From contig CAVYSE010000026.1 of the NCBI GenBank assembly GCA_963771075.1, positions 64,001 through 128,000 on the forward strand: DNA of 64,000 nt, given 5' to 3'. The stretch comes from a candidate division FCPU426 bacterium. Its GTDB lineage: Bacteria > Oederibacteriota > Muellerivitia > Muellerivitales > Muellerivitaceae. The notes under the pieces were generated by a model. The model saw only the letters and a program-made list of their open reading frames with translations. It made no database searches and was not told the origin of the DNA. Shown here piece by piece: positions 19,972-28,539 of the stretch. Made by a program: the position numbers and the translations under genes. Within the stretch, counting starts at the first letter, position 1. Every line of letters begins with the position of its first letter.

Positions 19972-21276
19972 ATGAAACATCGTTTAGGAATCCTGGCTTG
20001 TTTGAGCTTGTTACTGGCGGCAGGCCTGGCAATGGGGCCGTTCCTGTCGGGCTGCGCCCATAACGGGAATAACCAGGGCGTGGTTCTCACCTGCATGGGT
20101 TGGGGCGGCGTGGAGGAGGCCAAGATCGTCCAGGCCGCGGTGGATGATTTCAAAAAGGCCCACCCCGGTGTCGAGGTCCAGCTCCAAAGGGCGCCCTACG
20201 GGGAATATATCCCCAAACTCCTGACCGAATTCGCCGCTGGGCTCGCCCCCGACGTGATCGCCATCAACGCCGAACAAATGATCACCTTTTCCTCCCGGGG
20301 AGTGTTCACGGACCTGAAGCCGTACGTGGATAAGGATCCGTCCGTTCAATTGACCGACTTTTACCCCGAGTCCATTGACCATTACACGACCGGGGGCATC
20401 CTGACCGCGATCCCGAGGGATATCGCCCCCGTCGCGGTGATCTATTACAACAAGAACATGTTCGACGCGGCGGGACTGCCCTACCCCAAGGACAATTGGA
20501 CCTACGACCAGTTCGCCCTGACCGCGCAGAAACTGACCCAAAAGAATGCCCAAGGCAAGACGGTCCAGTGGGGTTTCGTGGACGACTACCCCACCTGGGA
20601 CGCCTGGGTCTACGCGTTCGGGGGGGGCATGGCGGATAACGAGAAAACACCCACCCGGTGCGTCCTCGACTCGCCGGAGGCCATCGCGGGCGTCCAATTC
20701 CGCGCGGACCTCATTTACAAGTACGGATGTACTCCCGGCCCCAGCGCCTCCACCGCGATGGGAGGATTGGGGTTCTCGGACTATTTCATCAACGGCCAGA
20801 CGGCCATGTTCTACAGCGGTATTTGGTTGACGCCCAAGTTCCGCGAGATCAAGAAGTTCGATTGGGACGTGGTGGAGTTTCCCGTCGGCCCCAACGGCCA
20901 CCGGGGGTTCCCCCTCAGCGCCACGGGGTACGGGATCGTCAAGAACTGCAAGCACCCGGAATTGGCTTATGATTTGGTCAAATACCTGGCGGGGGAAGTC
21001 GGCGAGAAATACATGGCCTCCACCGGTTTGACCCAGCCGGCGATTAAGGCCCTGGCCCAATCCCCGGTTTTCCTGGATGGGCAAACCCCCAAGTCGAAGG
21101 GATTCCTGGTGGACGCGGTAAAGGACGGCCATTTCCAGCCGCTGGACCCCAATGTCAGCGAGTGGAAATCCCACGTGGACGCGGCCCTGGACCGCGTTTG
21201 GAACGGCGAGGAGAAGGCGGACACGGCCTTGAAGAAAGCCGTGGCGGAGATCAACAAAAACTTTTTTAAGAAGTAA
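19972..21276 (+). CDS. Sugar ABC transporter substrate-binding lipoprotein
   Basis: Lipobox FLSGC; APDV, YYNK.MFD.AG...P...WT and F..G..AM...G.W motifs of carbohydrate SBPs. Confidence 0.92.
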   Translation: MKHRLGILACLSLLLAAGLAMGPFLSGCAHNGNNQGVVLTCMGWGGVEEAKIVQAAVDDFKKAHPGVEVQLQRAPYGEYIPKLLTEFAAGLAPDVIAINAEQMITFSSRGVFTDLKPYVDKDPSVQLTDFYPESIDHYTTGGILTAIPRDIAPVAVIYYNKNMFDAAGLPYPKDNWTYDQFALTAQKLTQKNAQGKTVQWGFVDDYPTWDAWVYAFGGGMADNEKTPTRCVLDSPEAIAGVQFRADLIYKYGCTPGPSASTAMGGLGFSDYFINGQTAMFYSGIWLTPKFREIKKFDWDVVEFPVGPNGHRGFPLSATGYGIVKNCKHPELAYDLVKYLAGEVGEKYMASTGLTQPAIKALAQSPVFLDGQTPKSKGFLVDAVKDGHFQPLDPNVSEWKSHVDAALDRVWNGEEKADTALKKAVAEINKNFFKK

Positions 21277-21310
21277 CTCGACTTTGGCAATTCTGCGGAT
21301 TACAGCCTGT

Positions 21311-21407
21311 TTCCCCCTCTGAAAGAGGGGGAACAAGGGGGAGTTAGCCTTTTAGTCCATGTTAGCAACGGCTAATACCCCCCTGCCCCCCTTTTTCAAA
21401 GGGGGAA
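21311..21407. repeat. Inverted REP-like doublet
   Basis: ttccccctctgaaagagggggaa...ccccctttttcaaagggggaa as an inverted pair. Confidence 0.55.
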
Positions 21408-21458
21408 GATAGTCCGCGACTAGCTTTTTGGAATTTGCCAAAGTTGAGAAGTGACATA

Positions 21459-21498
21459 AAAAGACCCCGGCTCTCGAATGGCCGAGGTCTTTTTTTTA
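21459..21498. terminator. Bidirectional intrinsic terminator
   Basis: aaaagaccccggc...gccgaggtctttttttt between convergent SBP and GH130 genes. Confidence 0.7.
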
Positions 21499-21512
21499 CA
21501 GGGTATTTTGGA

Positions 21513-22439
21513 TCAGTAGCTGTTCTTCTTGATGAACCTCACGACTTCCCCAAAGTCGGCGGTGGCCAGGCAGACGCAGGTGTCGGCCGCGCCGTAGTAG
21601 ACATCCAACCGGTTGGTCTTCCCGTCTAGGATAGCCGCGGTGGGGAACACCACGTTGGGCACGAACCCCGCCGTCTCATAAAGTTCGGTGGGGGCCATGA
21701 GGTAGCGTTTCGTACGGTATTTAACCTTCCAGGGCTCGTTCAGGTCCAAAATGGCCCCGCCCATCGAATAAACGAATCCGTTGCAGGTCGTGTGCACCCC
21801 GTGATAGATCACCACCCAACCGTCCTTGGTCTCAATGGGGGTCGGACCCGCGCCGACCTTGGTCATCTGCCAGCCGCTGGTGGCGCCGAACACGAACTCG
21901 TGATTGCCCCAGTTGACCAGGTCCGGGCTGGTGGCGTAAAAGACGTCGCCGAAGCGCGTGTGACCGTTGTCCGAGGGGCGGTGCAGGAGGGCGAACTTTC
22001 CCTTGATCTTGCGGGGGAAAAGGACCGCGTTGCGGTTATAGGGGAGAAGGATCGTCGAAACCTGGGTGAACTTCTTGAAATCCTTGGTCGTGGCCAGCCC
22101 GATGGAAGGCCCGGGGGTGGGGTAGTAGCACCAGGTGATGTAAAAGGTGTCCCCGATGCGGGTGATGCGGGGGTCGTAGCCCATGCCACAGGGAATATCC
22201 TTGGGGACCGCGCCGGTCAGCTTCATCCGTTCCGGCTGGATGTCCCAATGCAGGGCATCCTTGCTGAACCCCACGTGCAGCTGCTGGGTCATCTCCTGGT
22301 TGTCCGCGCGGAAAACCCCGGCGAACCCGTCCTTAAACTTGACCACCGCGCTGTTCATGATGACGTGGGCGCCGGGTATGGCCTCGGCGGTGATGATCGG
22401 ATTTTGCGCGTAGCGTTTGAATACGGTTTCGTTAGCCAA
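21513..22439 (-). CDS. GH130 beta-1,4-mannooligosaccharide phosphorylase-like protein
   Basis: NPII, NSAVV, YDPRIT, NRNAVLFP.KI.G...L.RPSD.GH, KVGAGP.PI, VPNVVFP and YYGAAD. Confidence 0.92.
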   Translation of the reverse strand: MANETVFKRYAQNPIITAEAIPGAHVIMNSAVVKFKDGFAGVFRADNQEMTQQLHVGFSKDALHWDIQPERMKLTGAVPKDIPCGMGYDPRITRIGDTFYITWCYYPTPGPSIGLATTKDFKKFTQVSTILLPYNRNAVLFPRKIKGKFALLHRPSDNGHTRFGDVFYATSPDLVNWGNHEFVFGATSGWQMTKVGAGPTPIETKDGWVVIYHGVHTTCNGFVYSMGGAILDLNEPWKVKYRTKRYLMAPTELYETAGFVPNVVFPTAAILDGKTNRLDVYYGAADTCVCLATADFGEVVRFIKKNSY

Positions 22440-22494
22440 ATGATTCCTCCAAGGGGAAGGACCCCGGACAAGGGGGCCGAAGTTTCAAAATCGA

Positions 22495-22508
22495 CTAAAA
22501 GGTTTTAA
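22495..22508. promoter_or_regulatory. Putative LacI operator (GH130/GH2 divergent region)
   Basis: ctaaaaggttttaa. Confidence 0.55.
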
Positions 22509-22609
22509 CATTTTAGTAGCAAATCTTGAAAAACAAAGAAAATAGAACAAGCACCCCGGGATAAAGGCTGGTCTCAGCCCGCACACCCGATTAACATAAA
22601 CCCTTCTCC

Positions 22610-25213
22610 ATGAGAAAAGGGAGCTCAAACCAAGTGCCAAAACAGAACCTGGATGGAGCCTGGGAGTTCCGCGCGGCGGCACCCCTGGCCCCCAAGACTC
22701 CCCGAACCCTCCTCCTGAACCGATGGATGAAAGCCCGGATGCCGGGAACGATCCACTATCACCTCCAAAGACTTGGGAAAATACCCGATCCCTTTTACGC
22801 GCGTAATGAATTGGACCTGCAGTGGGTGGACCAACAGGATTGGGAAATCCGGAAATACATCCATGTTAAAGCGGAAGACTGCGCCAAGCCCCGGCGGGAG
22901 CTGATCTTCGATGGCATCGATACGGTCGCCGAGATTTTCCTGAACGACAGGAAAATAGGCCGGACGGCCAATATGTTCCGCCAGGTCGTTTGCGAGGCGG
23001 GAGGCTCCCTTCGCCCGGGAAAAAATGAAATCCGCGTCCTTTTCAAGAGCCCCACGGTTTACGCCCGCGCCCAGGCAAGGCATTACCGCTACCGGGTCGA
23101 TACGGACAAGGAATTTAAATGGGAAACGGGGGAAACCCGGGAAACCCGCCGCTCCTGGATCCGAAAGGTCCAGTGCCATTTCGGCTGGGATTGGGGGCTT
23201 TACCTGGCGGTCTGCGGCCTTTGGCTTTCCGCTCGGTTGGAATGCTCCGACCTTCCCCGAATTGCCGCCGTCCAAGTCCGACAAAAACACGAGGGGCCGG
23301 TTGGAAAGCCCCGCCGGGTCCGGCTTTTCGTGAAAGCCGTCCTGGAATCCCCGGTTCCTTCCGAGGGGGTTTTGCGCGTCCGATGTGGAGGGCGGGAAGC
23401 CAAAGCCGAACTCCGGCTGTCGCCGGGTGAGAATAGCATCGAACAAACCCTGGAACTGGATTCGCCTGATCTTTGGTGGCCCGCGGGCCAGGGAAAGCAG
23501 ACGCTCTATCCCCTTCAAACGGTTTGGGAGGGCCGGTCGGGCGAAACGACCGAGATGGAAAAAAAGATCGGTTTGAGGACCCTGGAACTGATCCAAAAGC
23601 CGGACCGGTCGGGCGAGGCTTTTTATTTCAAGGTCAATGGCCGGCCCCTTTTCATGAAGGGCGCCAACTGGATCCCCCCCGATGCCCTGGTGGACCGTTG
23701 TACTCCCGGACTTTACCGCCACCTGCTGGGTTCCATGGTGGAAGCACACATGAATATGGTTCGTGTTTGGGGTGGGGGGTGGTACGAGCAGGATGTTTTT
23801 TACGGCCTGTGCGACGAGTTGGGATTGCTGGTCTGGCAGGATTTCATGATGGCTTGTGCGGTCTACCCCGACACAAGGGAGTTCATCCATGAACTCACGC
23901 AGGAGGCCCGATACCAGGTCCGACGCCTTTCCAGCCACCCCTGCCTGGCCCTCTGGTGCGGGGATAACGAGAACCTAGCGGGTTTGCGCCATTGGTGGAA
24001 AGCCGGCGCCAAGGGCCGGAAAACCTACACCGCGATTTACCGCAAGGTGATGGGCGCCTTGCGGAGGACCTGCGAGTCGGAGGACCCTACGCGCCGGTTC
24101 TGGATCTCCAGCCCCTCCAACGGGACCACCCGGGGCGAACCGGACGATCCCCACCGGGGCGACGTGCACTACTGGAAGGTTTGGCACGGAGGCAAGCCCT
24201 TCGAGGACTACCTGACCGTCAAACCCCGGTTCGCCTCCGAGTTCGGGTTCCAATCCTTTCCTGAGATCGCCACCCTGGCGCCCGTGATTCCACCGGAAGA
24301 ATGGAATTCCTCCAGCTGGGTCATGGAACACCACCAAAGGTCATACCGGGGGAACCTGCTGATCACCAATACGCTGGCGCGGGAATTGCCGATCCCGAAG
24401 GATTTTGAGAGCTTTTGCCTAGCTTCCCAGGTTAACCAGGCCTTGGCCATCCGCACCGCGGTGGAACATTGGCGGCGCTTGAAGCCCCACTGCATGGGAA
24501 CCCTCTACTGGCAGTTGAACGACCTTTGGCCGGTCGCTTCCTGGAGTTCCATCGATTACCGGGGGCGGTGGAAAGTGTTGCACCACATGGCTGAACGGTT
24601 TTTCGCGCCTCTGCTGGTTTCACTGGATACTTCCGGCGGGGAGGCGGCTGTTTGGGCCACCAGCGACCTTCCCCATGGCCTCAACCTTCACGGGGAATTG
24701 GAACTGCTGACTTGGAAAGGGAAAACCCTGCGCCGATTGCCCTTGCGCGGCCGGTTGAGGGCGGGGGAAAGCCGCAGGCTTTTGAAAATCCCCGTCCATC
24801 GCCTATTAAAGGAAGGAACGCACCCCCGGGAGGTTTTACTATTTGTCCGCCTGGGGGATGGAAAGATCAAGGCGGAAAACCACGCCCTCCTGGTTCCGTG
24901 GAAGTGGGCGCCCCAAACCAAGCCCCGATTAAAAGTTTTCCTTGAGCCCCGTCCGGCGGGATGGGAACTTTGGGTTCGAACGGACCGGGTGACCCCCTTC
25001 TTTCATGCTTCCCTGGAGGGTTGGGAAGGCCACTTTTCCGGAGATTTCCAAGTCCTCAGGCCGGGTCGAACCTATGTTTTTCCATGGATACCCCATTTCC
25101 CGGAAGGGAAGCCCTTGCCACCCTTGTTGGAAGCCCGCCAACGTTTGCGAACCCTGAGCTTTTACGATCTTTTCGATCATTTCCATCCTGATCACCCCAA
25201 AGGGTCTCCCTGA
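22610..25213 (+). CDS. GH2 beta-mannosidase
   Basis: RK.Q..FGWDWG, KGANWIP, NMVRVWGGG, WQDFM.AC, LWCGDNE, GD.HYW, RF.SEFGFQS and YWQLND.WP. Confidence 0.93.
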   Translation: MRKGSSNQVPKQNLDGAWEFRAAAPLAPKTPRTLLLNRWMKARMPGTIHYHLQRLGKIPDPFYARNELDLQWVDQQDWEIRKYIHVKAEDCAKPRRELIFDGIDTVAEIFLNDRKIGRTANMFRQVVCEAGGSLRPGKNEIRVLFKSPTVYARAQARHYRYRVDTDKEFKWETGETRETRRSWIRKVQCHFGWDWGLYLAVCGLWLSARLECSDLPRIAAVQVRQKHEGPVGKPRRVRLFVKAVLESPVPSEGVLRVRCGGREAKAELRLSPGENSIEQTLELDSPDLWWPAGQGKQTLYPLQTVWEGRSGETTEMEKKIGLRTLELIQKPDRSGEAFYFKVNGRPLFMKGANWIPPDALVDRCTPGLYRHLLGSMVEAHMNMVRVWGGGWYEQDVFYGLCDELGLLVWQDFMMACAVYPDTREFIHELTQEARYQVRRLSSHPCLALWCGDNENLAGLRHWWKAGAKGRKTYTAIYRKVMGALRRTCESEDPTRRFWISSPSNGTTRGEPDDPHRGDVHYWKVWHGGKPFEDYLTVKPRFASEFGFQSFPEIATLAPVIPPEEWNSSSWVMEHHQRSYRGNLLITNTLARELPIPKDFESFCLASQVNQALAIRTAVEHWRRLKPHCMGTLYWQLNDLWPVASWSSIDYRGRWKVLHHMAERFFAPLLVSLDTSGGEAAVWATSDLPHGLNLHGELELLTWKGKTLRRLPLRGRLRAGESRRLLKIPVHRLLKEGTHPREVLLFVRLGDGKIKAENHALLVPWKWAPQTKPRLKVFLEPRPAGWELWVRTDRVTPFFHASLEGWEGHFSGDFQVLRPGRTYVFPWIPHFPEGKPLPPLLEARQRLRTLSFYDLFDHFHPDHPKGSP

Positions 25214-25302
25214 GTTTAAACCGATTGCATTTTCTTTTTGATTTTGCTGTTTCAAAGTGAATAATTAGGCCCTGCGCCTTACTTTAAGAAAAAAATTGGA
25301 GG

Positions 25303-26388
25303 TTGCCTTTGTCCCCTGCCCCGTTGAACCAACCGGAGAAAATGGAAAGGCTGGATCCGTCCGATATGCTGGGAAAGGTGGTCAGTCTGCCGGGCCAGTT
25401 TTTGGACGCCCGCCGACGGGCCCAAGGCGGTCCCGCTTCGCGTTATCGTCCAAGGGGGATCCGGCAGGTGCTGGTGGCGGGTTTGGGGGGATCGGCCATC
25501 GGCGGGGACCTGTTGAAAGGGCTGACTTGGAAGAGCGCGTCTTTTTCCGTGGCGGTGAACCGCCATTATGATCTGCCCCGTTGGGCCGGTAAAGACACCT
25601 TGGTCGTATGTTCCAGCTATTCAGGCAACACCGAAGAAACACTTTCGGTGTTTCGCCAAACGCTCAAACGAAAACTCCCCCTGCTGGTCGTTTCCACCGG
25701 GGGTGAGCTTCTTCACCAGGCAAGGAAAAGAGGCCTGCCTTATTTAGCGCCTCCCGGCGGTCTACCGCCCCGGTCGGCCCTGGGTTATTCCTTCATCACC
25801 CTCATGACCGCCCTGGAATCCATGGGCTTGATCGAATCCCAGGAAAAAGCATTTATCGAGACAGTGGAGTGGATGAACCGGCTCGCGGCGGGATATGGCC
25901 CCTATTCGCCCCTTGCCAACAACCCCGCCAAGCGCCTGGCCCGGTTTCTTCACCGGAAACTGCCGGTGATCTATGCGGGTCAGGACCACCTTGAAAGCGT
26001 GGGGATGCGCTGGAAATGCCAGATCAACGAGAACGCAAAGCAAGTTTGCCTCAGCGGAGTGATCCCCGAGATGAACCATAATGAGGTGCTGGGCTATTCC
26101 TTTCCGGAAAGCCTCACCAAGGGGTCGGCGGTAGTCCTTTTGAGGCAGCCCAAAGGGGACCATCCCCAGATAGCGCGTCGTTTCGACATCCTTGAGGGCA
26201 TCCTGAAAAAACGGACCGCTGGGGTTTTATCGGCGGAACCACTCGGCAAGAGCCTATTGTGCCAGATGATGACCCTGGTCTATTTGGGCGATTTTGTGAG
26301 CGTGTACCTGGCCTATTTGAGGGGTGTGGATCCCACCCCCATCGCATTGATCGACCAATTCAAGAAAAACTTGTCGAAAAAGGCTTAA
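25303..26388 (+). CDS. Bifunctional phosphoglucose/phosphomannose isomerase
   Basis: GLGGSAIGG, SYSGNTEET, TGG, PRSA, RWK.QINENAK, PEMNHNE and DPTP. Confidence 0.93.
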   Translation: MPLSPAPLNQPEKMERLDPSDMLGKVVSLPGQFLDARRRAQGGPASRYRPRGIRQVLVAGLGGSAIGGDLLKGLTWKSASFSVAVNRHYDLPRWAGKDTLVVCSSYSGNTEETLSVFRQTLKRKLPLLVVSTGGELLHQARKRGLPYLAPPGGLPPRSALGYSFITLMTALESMGLIESQEKAFIETVEWMNRLAAGYGPYSPLANNPAKRLARFLHRKLPVIYAGQDHLESVGMRWKCQINENAKQVCLSGVIPEMNHNEVLGYSFPESLTKGSAVVLLRQPKGDHPQIARRFDILEGILKKRTAGVLSAEPLGKSLLCQMMTLVYLGDFVSVYLAYLRGVDPTPIALIDQFKKNLSKKA

Positions 26389-26440
26389 AAACGAAATCAT
26401 TCACATCAAAGGTGCGGAAAAGGGACGGAAATATTAAAGG

Positions 26441-26533
26441 GAACTATGCACTTGGCAAAGCTTGCCAGTAAACCTTCGCCCTCTCCCTCAAGGGGAGAGG
26501 GTTTGCTTTTAAGTTATGCCAAGTGCATAGTTC
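26441..26533. repeat. MITE-like element: 17-bp perfect terminal IR enclosing a REP-like hairpin
   Basis: gaactatgcacttggca...tgccaagtgcatagttc; internal ccctctccc-tcaa-ggggagaggg. Confidence 0.6.
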
Positions 26534-26588
26534 TGAAAAAATTCATCGCGCCTTTGCGGTATTGGTTTATTGATTTTCAGGAGAATAA

Positions 26589-27629
26589 ATGAGAAACGTC
26601 ACGATCAAGGATGTAGCCAAGGCGGCTGGCGTGTCTATTACCACCGTTTCCTTCGTGCTAAACCGCCGGCCGGATATGGTGATCAGCCAGGCGGTCCAGC
26701 GCAAGGTGATGGCGGCGGCGGAAAAACTGGATTACCATCCCAGCGCCCTGGCGGCGGGCCTGGCGGGGAAAAGGACGCGGAACCTGGGCGTGATCTTTTA
26801 CCTGGAGGACCAGGTTATCGCCAACCTGTTCTATTCGTTCATCATCGAGGGAATCGTCAAGGAAACCCTCCTGAAGGGTTTCAATATCTACTTTTCGTAC
26901 GTGGAGTCCATTTACAAGGGTTACCCCAGCCTTCCCAAGATCGTGAGGGAAAAGAACGTGGACGGGATCTTGGTGATCGGGCCCTGCGACCCCAAAATGG
27001 CGGCTGATACCCGGAAGCGGAAAATTCCACTCGTGGCGATCGATAATTTCCCGGACCTGAAGGGGGTTGATTCTGTCCAAATCGAGAATCGCAAGGGTGG
27101 CACCCTGGCGGTGGAGCATCTCGCCAGGCTGGGCCATAAACAGATCGGAATTTTAGCGGGTGCTTTGGACCGGCCCAGCATCCGCGAGCGCCTGGCGGGG
27201 TGGAAATCCTCGCTGGTGAAAAACGGGATCGATCCCTCGAACGACCTTGTTTTCAAGGCCGACCAACTGACCTTTTGGGAGGGCTACAGTAGGGCGAAGG
27301 AGATATTGACCCGCCGAAAGGACTTAACGGCCCTCTTTTGCGTGAACGACGAGATGTCGGCGGGGGTCCTTCGGGCGGCCCGCGAATTGGGAAGAAGGGT
27401 TCCCCATGACCTGAGCGTGGTGGGCTTCGACAACATCACCATGAGCAACTATACCGACCCGCCCTTGACCACGATCAGTGTGGCCAAGGAATACATGGGA
27501 AAATTGGCGGTCAACCGGGTTCTGCAGTTGATTGATGGCGTGGACCCGGAACCTGTTCGATTGGAAGCTCCCGTCGAGTTGGTCATCCGGGAATCGACTG
27601 CCAAGCCATCCTCCCGCTCGAAAGTTTAA
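26589..27629 (+). CDS. LacI family transcriptional regulator
   Basis: TIKDVAKAAGVS.TTVS.VLN HTH; VP.DLSVVGFDN and P.LTTI. Confidence 0.95.
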   Translation: MRNVTIKDVAKAAGVSITTVSFVLNRRPDMVISQAVQRKVMAAAEKLDYHPSALAAGLAGKRTRNLGVIFYLEDQVIANLFYSFIIEGIVKETLLKGFNIYFSYVESIYKGYPSLPKIVREKNVDGILVIGPCDPKMAADTRKRKIPLVAIDNFPDLKGVDSVQIENRKGGTLAVEHLARLGHKQIGILAGALDRPSIRERLAGWKSSLVKNGIDPSNDLVFKADQLTFWEGYSRAKEILTRRKDLTALFCVNDEMSAGVLRAARELGRRVPHDLSVVGFDNITMSNYTDPPLTTISVAKEYMGKLAVNRVLQLIDGVDPEPVRLEAPVELVIRESTAKPSSRSKV

Positions 27630-27712
27630 GCGGAAATAAAATTGCGCGGGTGGGGTCGGAACCGGTACAAAAGGCAAAGATTGACAGGGTCCGCTTTTGG
27701 ATGATAGCCTTG

Positions 27713-27726
27713 TTAAAACGCTTTAA
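27713..27726. promoter_or_regulatory. Putative LacI operator overlapping a sigma70-like promoter of the CBM/GH5 operon
   Basis: ttaaaacgctttaa, downstream of ttgaca at 27681-27686. Confidence 0.6.
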
Positions 27727-27750
27727 TGATTCCCTGAAAATTAATGTTAA

Positions 27751-28521
27751 TTGGCGGAGAACGGATTGAAACTTAAGTTTGTGTTGCTGGGGATCATGTT
27801 CGCGATCGGTTCGACTATTCCCTTGTTTTATTTTGGATGTGGGGTCCAGAACCCCAACGAGCCCAACTGGGGATATCCGACCTCCACTCCGATCCTTCCT
27901 CCCGCGAATACCGCCACTCCTAATCCGTCCGTCACCCCCGTGCCTACCCTGCCTGGATCCATTTTCAATTCGGGCGCCTCTGTTTTGCCCTGGTCGATCA
28001 ATACGGGCAGTTCCACGGAGGGGAACACCTCGGGGACTGCCATGGGATTTAATTCCTCCTTCAGCGGCTGCTCGACTTTCACCGGGGCCATGGAGATCAC
28101 GATCGGGTTCACGGGTCCCCAACAGGCGGTTTATGTCCAAGACACGCTGTCTTCGGTGGTCAATCTCAGCGGGCTTTCGATCAAGGCAATCCTGGAAGTG
28201 AACGGCGGCTGGAACGGCGATTCGGAACAGGTCTATGGCGCCATTTTCATTCAAGAAAACGTCAGCCCCTATGCCGCCATCTATCAAAACGGGACGGCTT
28301 TTTGCAGCTCCTCCTGTCCCGCCAACAGTTCGGGTTGCGTGACCCTAACTTTGACCATCCCTTCATCCACGACCGCGGTCGGAAGCTACTCGGGTTATAA
28401 CGTTTACAACGGTCCCTATGACCCCACCCAAACGCAGATCGTAGGGCTGCAACTTGGGACCGGCAACAGCGGTACGGGCTTTTCTTCGACAATCATCGAT
28501 GTTCAAAGTTGGCTCTATTAA
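27751..28521 (+). CDS. Putative lipoprotein with CBM-like beta-sandwich
   Basis: Hydrophobic leader ending YFGC, P/T linker, VNLSG...GAIFIQ...IVGLQL. Start uncertain. Confidence 0.6.
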   Translation: MAENGLKLKFVLLGIMFAIGSTIPLFYFGCGVQNPNEPNWGYPTSTPILPPANTATPNPSVTPVPTLPGSIFNSGASVLPWSINTGSSTEGNTSGTAMGFNSSFSGCSTFTGAMEITIGFTGPQQAVYVQDTLSSVVNLSGLSIKAILEVNGGWNGDSEQVYGAIFIQENVSPYAAIYQNGTAFCSSSCPANSSGCVTLTLTIPSSTTAVGSYSGYNVYNGPYDPTQTQIVGLQLGTGNSGTGFSSTIIDVQSWLY

Positions 28522-28539
28522 ATTTGGCTTAAGGTTTAC

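Noticed and set aside
18517..23938. Long opposite-strand ORFs (18517-19758, 20011-21336, 22625-23938)
   Set aside because: They overlap well-supported genes on the other strand and have no recognisable motifs; typical GC-rich shadow frames.
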